From Patescibacteria group bacterium (GTDB taxonomy: Bacteria > Patescibacteriota > UBA1384 > XYA2-FULL-43-10 > 1-14-0-10-43-13): a DNA stretch of 64,000 bases. This document shows, piece by piece, positions 56,626 through 64,000 of this stretch. Below the pieces are notes generated by a model. The model was not told the DNA's origin, ran no database searches, and worked only from the letters and a program-made list of their open reading frames with translations. The translations under genes and the position numbers were made by a program. The stretch's first letter is position 1. Each line of letters starts with the position of its first letter. The stretch spans positions 6,640 to 70,639 of the forward strand of contig JBAZNP010000002.1 in NCBI GenBank assembly GCA_041649155.1. The letters are read 5' to 3'.

Positions 56626-56667
56626 AATTAACAGTTATGTTTTAGTAATTTGAGCAAAGCGATATTT

Positions 56668-57885
56668 ATGTATGACGTTGCAATAATTGGTGCCGGCGCA
56701 GCAGGAATAATGGCTGCACTATCCGCTTCAGAAAATTCTAAGTCGGTCATTTTGATTGAAAAGAATCAAATAATCGGCCGAAAAATCCTCGCAACAGGTA
56801 ACGGCCGATGCAATCTCACCAACCAAAATGTTGATGCTTCCCGCTTTCATGGCGCGGAGCCATCTTTTATTAAGAATGTTCTGTCTCAATTCGATCAGGT
56901 TAAAACAATGCGATATTTCGAATCACTCGGCTTAATTCTAAAAGAAGAAGACAATGGACGAATATTTCCCCGAACTAACCAAGCTTCAACCATTGTCGAG
57001 GCACTTGGCCACGAACTTAATCGCAAAAAAGTGACTGTAAGAACAAACTGCTTGGTAAAAGAAATAAAACACGACAGTACTTGGAAAATTAAAACTGAAA
57101 ATGGTCAGGAAATTCTAGCCAAAAAATTAATTCTGACAACTGGCGGGAAAGCTGCTCATCAACTCGGCTCATCCGGTGATGGGCTTTTCTGGATCGAAAA
57201 AATAGGACACACAGTGACACCGATTTATGCCGCATTAGTTCCGATAGAAACTATTGAGTCATGGCCAAAAGATATTCAGGGATTGAAAATTGAAGGCACA
57301 GCCAACGTAGTTGTGAACGAAAAAACTGTAGATCAAAAACACGGTGACATATTATTTACGCATTACGGCCTCTCCGGCCCTGCCATTATGGGCCTATCCA
57401 GAACAATTGCGCCATTACTTGAGAAATCAAAAGTTATGATAAAAATTGACACAATCCCTGAAGAAACTAACAATTCACTTGATGAGAAAATCAATAAAGT
57501 ATTTTCAATTAACGGAGTGAAATCAGTCAAAAATGCTTTGGCCGGAATAGTGCCGACAAATTTAGTTTTAACTATACTAAAAAATTTATCCATAAATCCG
57601 GACAAAAAAGCTGCAGAGATCTCACGAAGCGACCGCCAGATCATAGTTGAAACTTTGAAGAACCTAACCCTGACAGTCAGCAAAACCCGCCCCTTAAAGG
57701 AAGCCCAGGTCACTTCAGGAGGAATTCTATCATCTGAAATAGACTCAAAAACTATGAAATCAAGAAATATACCTGATCTATATTTTGCCGGTGAAATTGT
57801 TGATGTTGACGGTGATTCCGGAGGCTTTAATCTACAATGGGCATGGTCCAGCGGCTATGTAGCCGGTAAAAGCGCTAATAAATAA
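56668..57885 (+). CDS. HI0933-family FAD-dependent flavoprotein (aminoacetone oxidase/BaiN-like NAD(P)/FAD oxidoreductase)
   Basis: MYDVAIIGAGAAGIMAA dinucleotide-binding motif, LATGNGRCNLTN, and C-terminal ...GEIVDVDGDSGGFNLQWAWSSGYVAG. Confidence 0.85.
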   Translation: MYDVAIIGAGAAGIMAALSASENSKSVILIEKNQIIGRKILATGNGRCNLTNQNVDASRFHGAEPSFIKNVLSQFDQVKTMRYFESLGLILKEEDNGRIFPRTNQASTIVEALGHELNRKKVTVRTNCLVKEIKHDSTWKIKTENGQEILAKKLILTTGGKAAHQLGSSGDGLFWIEKIGHTVTPIYAALVPIETIESWPKDIQGLKIEGTANVVVNEKTVDQKHGDILFTHYGLSGPAIMGLSRTIAPLLEKSKVMIKIDTIPEETNNSLDEKINKVFSINGVKSVKNALAGIVPTNLVLTILKNLSINPDKKAAEISRSDRQIIVETLKNLTLTVSKTRPLKEAQVTSGGILSSEIDSKTMKSRNIPDLYFAGEIVDVDGDSGGFNLQWAWSSGYVAGKSANK

Positions 57886-57888
57886 GTC

Positions 57889-58881
57889 TTAAATTTTCAT
57901 ATACTCTTCTTCGTAATTTATTAGATAAGGCCAAATTTCTTCTTGTGCTAATAAATAACAGATAGTGCTTTCAGCGCCACAATTAGGATCTACTCTTTTT
58001 AAATTCAACCCATCGCCACAGCTCTCATTTTTTATATTAATCAATGGCTCTTGTAAAATGTTATTACCCCAAAACCAAGAAAAATATATTTTAGCTTCCT
58101 CTAAATAGTTCTCATTATCGGTTAATTCCCATGCTTTTAGATTTGCCAGAACCTGATATGCAGCATCTATCGGTTGCTGATCGATAATGGCTTTCTCTCC
58201 CGTTTTTTCATACCACCCTCTGTTGCCAATCGTGATTGGATAACCGTCATGCTTGGATTCTTTATTTAGAAAACTTAACATTTCCAGGCCATATAATTTT
58301 AAAACAGGTTTTTTCAAAGCCTCAGAAGCGCATAAAAAACTTAAGGGAATAATCGCATTTGCATAAGTTAAATTATCTTCCGCCCATTGCCAGCCATCTA
58401 GCTTATTTTTTTCGTAATCTTCAGATAATGATTCAGCTAAATGATTTGTGAGCTCAAAATCAATTTGTGAAGCACCTAGAATAGCATATGCCCTGCCCCT
58501 GACAGTCTTAAAGTTCTTAATTCTTGTAATCATACTTTGTATGATTTGCTCTGAAGCTACCGGATAAAACGAATTTACCACCGCAGTACAAAGAGCCCAA
58601 TAAGCTTCCGCTAAGGCATCTTCCGACCAAGGCTTGCCAAGCGGTCTTTTTTTAGAATCATAGAAGTTAATAATCGCTTCATCGCCAATTGCTTCATTCA
58701 TAAAATTAATATAGGTCATCGCTTTTTCGTAATCTGAGAATTTGATTGCCAATAGTAATCCTCTGGCAGCATCATCTAAAGCATATCCATGTTTTCGGTC
58801 GATTACAGGACCCTTAGTGTGTTGCCAGATCCCGAAATCATCGGTTAAATAATCAATGTGTTTTAATCCTATTTTTTTCAT
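57889..58881 (-). CDS. Hypothetical protein, possibly a six-hairpin (alpha/alpha)6 glycosidase-like enzyme, co-operonic with GT4
   Basis: 330 aa, Trp/Tyr-rich helical repeats (WALCTAV, WQWAEDN, WFWGNN); overlaps the GT4 stop by 4 nt. The family assignment is tentative. Confidence 0.35.
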   Translation of the reverse strand: MKKIGLKHIDYLTDDFGIWQHTKGPVIDRKHGYALDDAARGLLLAIKFSDYEKAMTYINFMNEAIGDEAIINFYDSKKRPLGKPWSEDALAEAYWALCTAVVNSFYPVASEQIIQSMITRIKNFKTVRGRAYAILGASQIDFELTNHLAESLSEDYEKNKLDGWQWAEDNLTYANAIIPLSFLCASEALKKPVLKLYGLEMLSFLNKESKHDGYPITIGNRGWYEKTGEKAIIDQQPIDAAYQVLANLKAWELTDNENYLEEAKIYFSWFWGNNILQEPLINIKNESCGDGLNLKRVDPNCGAESTICYLLAQEEIWPYLINYEEEYMKI

Positions 58882-60059
58882 TCCTGATTCTTTAATGATA
58901 TATATCTAAAAAGATTAAGATATCTTTCAGCCACTCTTGGCCAGCGCATCTTCCTACCAAGAACATAGGCTCCGTCTTCCAATTTTGCCCTCAAGATAGG
59001 ATCTTGCAATATTTTTATTACTGCATCAGCAATTTGCTGAGAATTTTTAAAGTCAACGATTATACCTCTGTTGTTCGCCAACATTTCTTTAGCATAAGGA
59101 TATCCGGTCGAAATACAGGCTTTCCCCATGCCCAAAGCATAAGCAAGAGTGCCCGAAGTAATTTGCTGCGGATCAAGATGTGGGGTTAAATATATGTCAG
59201 ATTTTTCATACAATTTAAGCAAATCTTGAAGCTCTAAATATTTATTTATAAACTTAACGTTTTTTTGGACGTTCAAACTTTTGGCCAAATTTTTTAAATT
59301 CGTTCTATATTTTTCCCCTTCATTTTTCAGTACCGACGGATGAGTTTGTCCTGCAACGACCAATAATAGATTAGGAAATTTTTTTACGATCTCAGGAAGA
59401 GCTTCGATGACGTATTCTATTCCCTTATTTTTACTAATTAACCCGCTCATAAGTAAAATAGGACTATCTCCCCAGTTTAGGTTATTATTTGTGCTCTGAG
59501 CTTTTTTTTGATCAGATACTCCATGGTGGATGATTACAACCTTATCCCGATCAATACCATAATCTCTCTCAAGACGCTCTTTTGCATCTGGTATCATTGC
59601 AACGACACTGTCTGAAATCTCACCCAACCTCTGCAAAGTTGAGCGTTGAATATCAGTCGGTTTAGCAAGAATAGTATGAAATATTGTGACAATCGGCTTA
59701 TTAATATTTCTTAAAAATGCAAAGATGTGTTCTCCTGCCTTACCACCGAACAACCCGAATTCATGCTGAAGACAAACGACATCAGCAGAAGACTGGTTTA
59801 CATATTCTGCAGCTTGATAATAACTGTCGTATTTATGCTGGTGAATTTTATATTTTACTTCCCATGGATATTCGAGATCTATTTCTCCATCATTTATAGC
59901 TATAATTTCGGCCAGACTTTCTGAATTCAGATCGTTAAGAGCATTTGTTAAATCTTTAGTGAAAGTAGCTAACCCGCATTTTCTCGGGATATAGCTTGAA
60001 ACAAAGATTGTCCTAACTGTACTTTGCTGGGTATCAAGTATCTGATTTATTTTACTCAT
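58878..60059 (-). CDS. Glycosyltransferase family 4 (GT-B)
   Basis: C-terminal GT4 block LLLVVAGQTHP...GMGKACISTGYPYAKEML; 393 aa. Confidence 0.8.
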   Translation of the reverse strand: MSKINQILDTQQSTVRTIFVSSYIPRKCGLATFTKDLTNALNDLNSESLAEIIAINDGEIDLEYPWEVKYKIHQHKYDSYYQAAEYVNQSSADVVCLQHEFGLFGGKAGEHIFAFLRNINKPIVTIFHTILAKPTDIQRSTLQRLGEISDSVVAMIPDAKERLERDYGIDRDKVVIIHHGVSDQKKAQSTNNNLNWGDSPILLMSGLISKNKGIEYVIEALPEIVKKFPNLLLVVAGQTHPSVLKNEGEKYRTNLKNLAKSLNVQKNVKFINKYLELQDLLKLYEKSDIYLTPHLDPQQITSGTLAYALGMGKACISTGYPYAKEMLANNRGIIVDFKNSQQIADAVIKILQDPILRAKLEDGAYVLGRKMRWPRVAERYLNLFRYISLKNQE

Positions 60060-60244
60060 ATAATAAATTTTGCCTTATAGCAAACCTTTCTGTCTTATTT
60101 TTACCTAAGAAGCCTTTGACCATCAATGTAAATTCAAACAAAAAATACCTTTTGAAGGTATTTTCCTTAAAATAGACCTTTATATAATGAAAGATAACTC
60201 AAGTCTCCCTAAAATTAGGGTAGCACACTAGAGTCATAATAGAT

Positions 60245-60976
60245 ATGGAGAACAACAATCTAAAAATTAAAGGCAAGAACATTCTCATTAGCGGCGGCAC
60301 AACCGGAATCGGCCGTGCCACGGCAAAACTTCTGGTAAATTATGGTGCAAATGTGATGATTTTTGGTAGAGATAAAAATCATTTAGATGACGCTATTTTC
60401 GATATTGAAAATAAAAATGGGAAAATATTTGGAGTAACCGCAGATGTTTCCGATAAAAATCAAGTCAAGGAAGTCTTCAAAAAATTTGAGGAAACATATG
60501 GCGACATTGATGTCTTAATCAATAATGCTTCCTTGCCGGCGCGAAGTATTTTGGATTGTCAAAGCAATAAATGGCAATATATAGTCAATGTAAATATTTT
60601 AGGCTACCTGTATTGCTCAAGCGAGGCAGTTAACAGAATGATAAAAGGAAATGGCGGACATTTAATAAATATTGGGTCTCTTAGCTCGGTCTTAAGGGAA
60701 GAAGGGGCGGACATATATGTCGCCACGAAGTCTGCAGTTGAAGGCTTTAGCGATTCGCTTAGAAAGCAGATAGGTAAATATGAGATTAAAGTTTCTTTAA
60801 TTGAGCCAGGGTCAGTTGGTACTAACTTGATAACTCATAATTCCAAGGAACAAGAAATATTGCAGAAAGAATCTAAAATGTTAAAAGCGGAAGATGTTGC
60901 CGAAGCAATATTATTTTGTCTCACAAGACCAAAAAGATGCGATATAATTGAATTAAAAATACGCCCGCACAAGTAA
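60245..60976 (+). CDS. Short-chain dehydrogenase/reductase (SDR) family oxidoreductase
   Basis: ISGGTTGIGRATAK (TGxxxGxG), NNAS, and the catalytic YVATKSAVEGF (YxxxK). Confidence 0.9.
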   Translation: MENNNLKIKGKNILISGGTTGIGRATAKLLVNYGANVMIFGRDKNHLDDAIFDIENKNGKIFGVTADVSDKNQVKEVFKKFEETYGDIDVLINNASLPARSILDCQSNKWQYIVNVNILGYLYCSSEAVNRMIKGNGGHLINIGSLSSVLREEGADIYVATKSAVEGFSDSLRKQIGKYEIKVSLIEPGSVGTNLITHNSKEQEILQKESKMLKAEDVAEAILFCLTRPKRCDIIELKIRPHK

Positions 60977-61017
60977 CTCACATAATTAAAAACAAACTTC
61001 AAACCGACCGCTATCTA

Positions 61018-61047
61018 TTGACAAAATTAATCTCTTCGTGTTATAGT
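61018..61047 (+). promoter_or_regulatory. Sigma70-like promoter with extended -10 (TTGACA-17/18-TGtTATAGT)
   Basis: ttgaca at 61018-61023, then tg-t-tatagt at 61039-61047; about 130-nt leader to the helicase gene. Confidence 0.5.
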
Positions 61048-61179
61048 AAAAACGTAAAGAAAATTGTTCTATAGATTTCCGAAACAAATTTTAAATTTCG
61101 ACGTTCTATACAGCAATTCGAAATTTATTAATTATTTTGCGGCGGATCTTTTTTTGTTTTGTCGCATCGGAAAGAATTT

Positions 61180-62745
61180 ATGTTCAAAAACAAAAGTGCC
61201 AATAATAAATTTGGCAAAAAAAACTATGCCGGCAACTTTAGATCCGGCGGTAACAATAAAAAATCATTTTACTACGGATCAAGCGACGGAGATAAAAATG
61301 TATCCAGATCAACCTCAACTGGTAACTCCAGACCTTCATTTAGAAGCTCCTCTCCAACAGCCTCCGGTTTTGCGTCTAACACATCAGGAAAAACAGCTTT
61401 TGACGGCCCAAAGCGTGTATCAAGAAATGCTTACGGAAACCCATCAGCCGCTAGCGGAAAACTAAAAACTTCTTACGCGGGTCCAAACACAGAGAGAAGC
61501 ACGAGTTTTGGTGAAAACAATAGGCCATCATATGGCAGTAGAAATAGCAGACCTTCATATGGAGATAGAAACGGAAGACCATCTTATGGTAATTCTAGAC
61601 CCTCATTTAGATCAGGGTCTAGATCCCCTAGAGCTAGATTCAGTGAAAATATTGATATCTCAAAGTTCATTTGCAAACCATCTGGAAATGTAGAAGTCAA
61701 AGCAGTAGAAATCAAAAACTCATTTGCTGATTTTCGTTTTGTTCCAGAATTACAAACCAATCTTCAACATAAAAAATATATCACTCCAACCCCGATTCAG
61801 GATCAGTCTATAAATCATATTGTGGACGGTAAAGATATAATCGGCTTGGCAAATACCGGCACAGGAAAAACCGGAGCATTTTTGCTGCCGTTGATTAATA
61901 AAGTCTTCAAAAATAAATCTCAAAAAGTTTTGATTTTAGCCCCAACAAGGGAACTTGCCCTACAGATTGATGAAGAATTCAGACAATTCTCTTGGTCAAT
62001 GAAAATATTTTCGACTGTCTGTGTTGGTGGATCACCAATCTTTAAGCAAATCAATAATCTAAAAAGAAACCCCAACTTCGTTATTGGGACTCCAGGTAGA
62101 TTGAAAGACTTGAGCGAACGAAACCTAGTAAGATTTGAATCATTTAACAATATTGTTATTGATGAAATTGACCGAATGTTAGATATGGGATTTGTTGATG
62201 AAATTAAAGCTATTTTAGCCAAATTACCAAAAGAGAGACAGTCTTTATTCTTTTCAGCAACTATGCCAGAAAAAATCAGAGGCCTAATTCAACAATTTTT
62301 GGTTGACCCTGTTACAGTTGAAATAAAGTCAGGACAAACTGCCGACAATGTTGAACAAGATGTCGTCCGAGTAAGAAGTTCAGAAATGAAATTCAATCAA
62401 CTTCAGGAAATACTAAGACAATCTGACTTTAAAAAAGTTTTAATCTTTTCTGAAACCAAAAGAGAAGTGGAAAAATTGACATCTAGTTTAGTGGGCGAAG
62501 GCTTTAAAGCTGACTCAATTCATGGTGACAAAAAGCAACATCAGAGGCAAAAAGCTCTTTCTCTATTTAAAAATGATACCGTGAATATTCTAGTTGCAAC
62601 AGATGTTGCTGCGCGCGGTCTAGACATTGACGACGTATCGCATGTAATTAATTACACTGTTCCACAAACATACAACGACTATATTCACAGGATTGGAAGA
62701 ACAGGTCGTGGAGATAAAAAAGGAATGGCTTTAACTTTCGTTTAA
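61180..62745 (+). CDS. DEAD-box ATP-dependent RNA helicase with an N-terminal Ser/Arg/Gly-rich low-complexity extension
   Basis: Q-motif FVPELQTNLQHKKYITPTPIQ, motif I ANTGTGKTGAF, motif II VIDEIDRML (DEID), SAT, and HRIGRTGR. The TTG at 61159 is an alternative start. Confidence 0.9.
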   Translation: MFKNKSANNKFGKKNYAGNFRSGGNNKKSFYYGSSDGDKNVSRSTSTGNSRPSFRSSSPTASGFASNTSGKTAFDGPKRVSRNAYGNPSAASGKLKTSYAGPNTERSTSFGENNRPSYGSRNSRPSYGDRNGRPSYGNSRPSFRSGSRSPRARFSENIDISKFICKPSGNVEVKAVEIKNSFADFRFVPELQTNLQHKKYITPTPIQDQSINHIVDGKDIIGLANTGTGKTGAFLLPLINKVFKNKSQKVLILAPTRELALQIDEEFRQFSWSMKIFSTVCVGGSPIFKQINNLKRNPNFVIGTPGRLKDLSERNLVRFESFNNIVIDEIDRMLDMGFVDEIKAILAKLPKERQSLFFSATMPEKIRGLIQQFLVDPVTVEIKSGQTADNVEQDVVRVRSSEMKFNQLQEILRQSDFKKVLIFSETKREVEKLTSSLVGEGFKADSIHGDKKQHQRQKALSLFKNDTVNILVATDVAARGLDIDDVSHVINYTVPQTYNDYIHRIGRTGRGDKKGMALTFV

Positions 62746-62777
62746 ACCTGAGAATCATAAGTAAATTCGAGGAAATT

Positions 62778-64000
62778 ATGGAATTAAGAAATGTAGCAAT
62801 CATAGCCCACGTTGACCATGGCAAGACAACTTTAGTTGATGGCCTCTTAAAACAGTCGAAGACTTTTCGTGAAAATGAAACAGCAATGTCCGAAGTATTG
62901 ATTATGGACTCAAATGATCAAGAAAAAGAGCGTGGTATTACTATTTTGGCAAAAAATACAGCTATTAGCTATAAAGACATTAAAATAAATATTATTGATA
63001 CTCCAGGGCACGCCGACTTTGGTGGTGAAGTCGAAAGAACTTTAAATATGGCCGACGGCGCTATTTTATTGATTGATGCCCAAGAGGGACCAATGCCTCA
63101 AACTAAATTCGTTCTTAAAAAAGCATTGGAAATCGGGCTCAAAGTGATTGTTGTCATAAACAAAATCGATAAACCAAATGCCAATATCCCTGAAACGATT
63201 AATAAAACTTACGATCTATTTCTTGAATTAGCGACAAACGACGACCAATTGGATTTTCCAATATATTACGCCATCGGACGAGACGGTAAAGCCTGGAATG
63301 AACTTCCGGCTGACGAAAATACGCCTTCTGATCTTTCGCCAATTTTAGACGCCATAATTGATCATATTCCCGCTCCAGAGAAGAAAGATGATGCTCCTCT
63401 AAAAATGCTGGTTTCAGCTCTTGACTGGGATAATTTTATGGGAAAATATGCCATCGGAAGAATTAAAACCGGTATTGCCAGGACAGGAATGGCTGCAATG
63501 CTGATTAACCAGGATGGAATTGTTGAAAATGGTAAAATTGAAAAGATTTATATCACACAGGGACTAAAAAAAATCGAGACAACAGAAGCAAGATCGGGCG
63601 ATATTGTCTCAATCGCAGGACTTAAGAAAGCAACTATCGGAAATACCATTTCTGACGTCTCAGACGAAACTCCTCTTCCTGTAACCGTGATCGAAGAGCC
63701 TACATTAAGTATTTCTATATATGCCAACACTTCTCCATTTGCCGGCAAAGAAGGTAAATTTGTGACTGCAAGGCATCTTCATGATCGTATTATGAAGGAA
63801 CTTGAGACTAATATTTCAATGAAAGTACACACTGCTGAAACCGGTGATTTTATATTATCGGGCCGCGGTGAACTGCATTTGTCTGTTTTTATTGAAACAT
63901 TGAGACGCGAAGGTTTCGAGCTACAGGTTGGCAAACCTAAAGTTATTACCAAAGAAATAGATGGAATAATGTCTGAGCCAGTCGAAGAATTAACCATCGA
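62778..64000 (+). CDS. typA: Translational GTPase TypA/BipA, partial (runs off the window end)
   Basis: MELRNVAIIAHVDHGKTTLVDGLLKQSKTF..., DTPGHADFGGEVER, NKIDKP; GAGGA Shine-Dalgarno upstream of the ATG at 62778. Confidence 0.9.
   Translation, partial: MELRNVAIIAHVDHGKTTLVDGLLKQSKTFRENETAMSEVLIMDSNDQEKERGITILAKNTAISYKDIKINIIDTPGHADFGGEVERTLNMADGAILLIDAQEGPMPQTKFVLKKALEIGLKVIVVINKIDKPNANIPETINKTYDLFLELATNDDQLDFPIYYAIGRDGKAWNELPADENTPSDLSPILDAIIDHIPAPEKKDDAPLKMLVSALDWDNFMGKYAIGRIKTGIARTGMAAMLINQDGIVENGKIEKIYITQGLKKIETTEARSGDIVSIAGLKKATIGNTISDVSDETPLPVTVIEEPTLSISIYANTSPFAGKEGKFVTARHLHDRIMKELETNISMKVHTAETGDFILSGRGELHLSVFIETLRREGFELQVGKPKVITKEIDGIMSEPVEELTI

Noticed and set aside
60147-60172. 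Hairpin AATACCTTttgAAGGTATT between the divergent GT4 and SDR genes as a terminator
   Set aside because: Both flanking genes start here rather than end, so it is not positioned to terminate either. It may be an operator-like dyad, which I could not support further.

Overview
The window is 64 kb of a low-GC (~35%), gene-dense bacterial genome, with most genes on the minus strand. Short housekeeping proteins (IF-2 of 631 aa; Obg lacking its C-terminal domain), a cdaA-cdaR c-di-AMP operon, a DUF4012 protein and many small secreted or membrane proteins suggest a reduced-genome, CPR/Patescibacteria-like or other low-GC lineage, but I cannot settle this from sequence alone. The standard genetic code appears to be used, because the conserved genes read through without in-frame stops. 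Recognisable housekeeping genes are rpoB (partial), obg, cdaA-cdaR, infB, gyrA, gyrB, an RRM RNA-binding protein, a DEAD-box helicase and typA (partial). Envelope and glycan genes include LysM-CHAP, DUF4012, two GT4 glycosyltransferases, a WbaP-like sugar transferase, a polyprenyl synthase, an M48 peptidase, and dockerin, HAF-repeat and C39-like secreted proteins. Promoters read directly from the sequence fit a Firmicutes-like TTGACA-17-TATAAT pattern, often with an extended -10 TGn. The region I find most interesting spans 37.7-47 kb. It holds a cassette encoding a B12-binding radical SAM, a stand-alone B3/4 (PheT editing-like) protein and a SAM methyltransferase, flanked by two copies of a ~100-nt repeat that ends in a bidirectional terminator hairpin. 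Next to it is a sensor-domain membrane protein divergent from an operon of a small protein, a hotdog dehydratase, a methyltransferase and an orphan histidine kinase. Other oddities are a duplicated remnant of the obg 3' end, an 11-unit heptanucleotide (TTTCCAC) repeat, 21-nt tandem repeats upstream of gyrB, a cluster of three perfect GC-rich palindromic hairpins, a frameshifted zinc-ribbon gene, and several small genes (47-aa Zn-ribbon, 55-aa DUF378) below the 60-aa cutoff of the ORF track. I found no CRISPR array, rRNA, tRNA or obvious integrase/transposase. All functional calls rest on motif recognition by eye; I ran no database searches.
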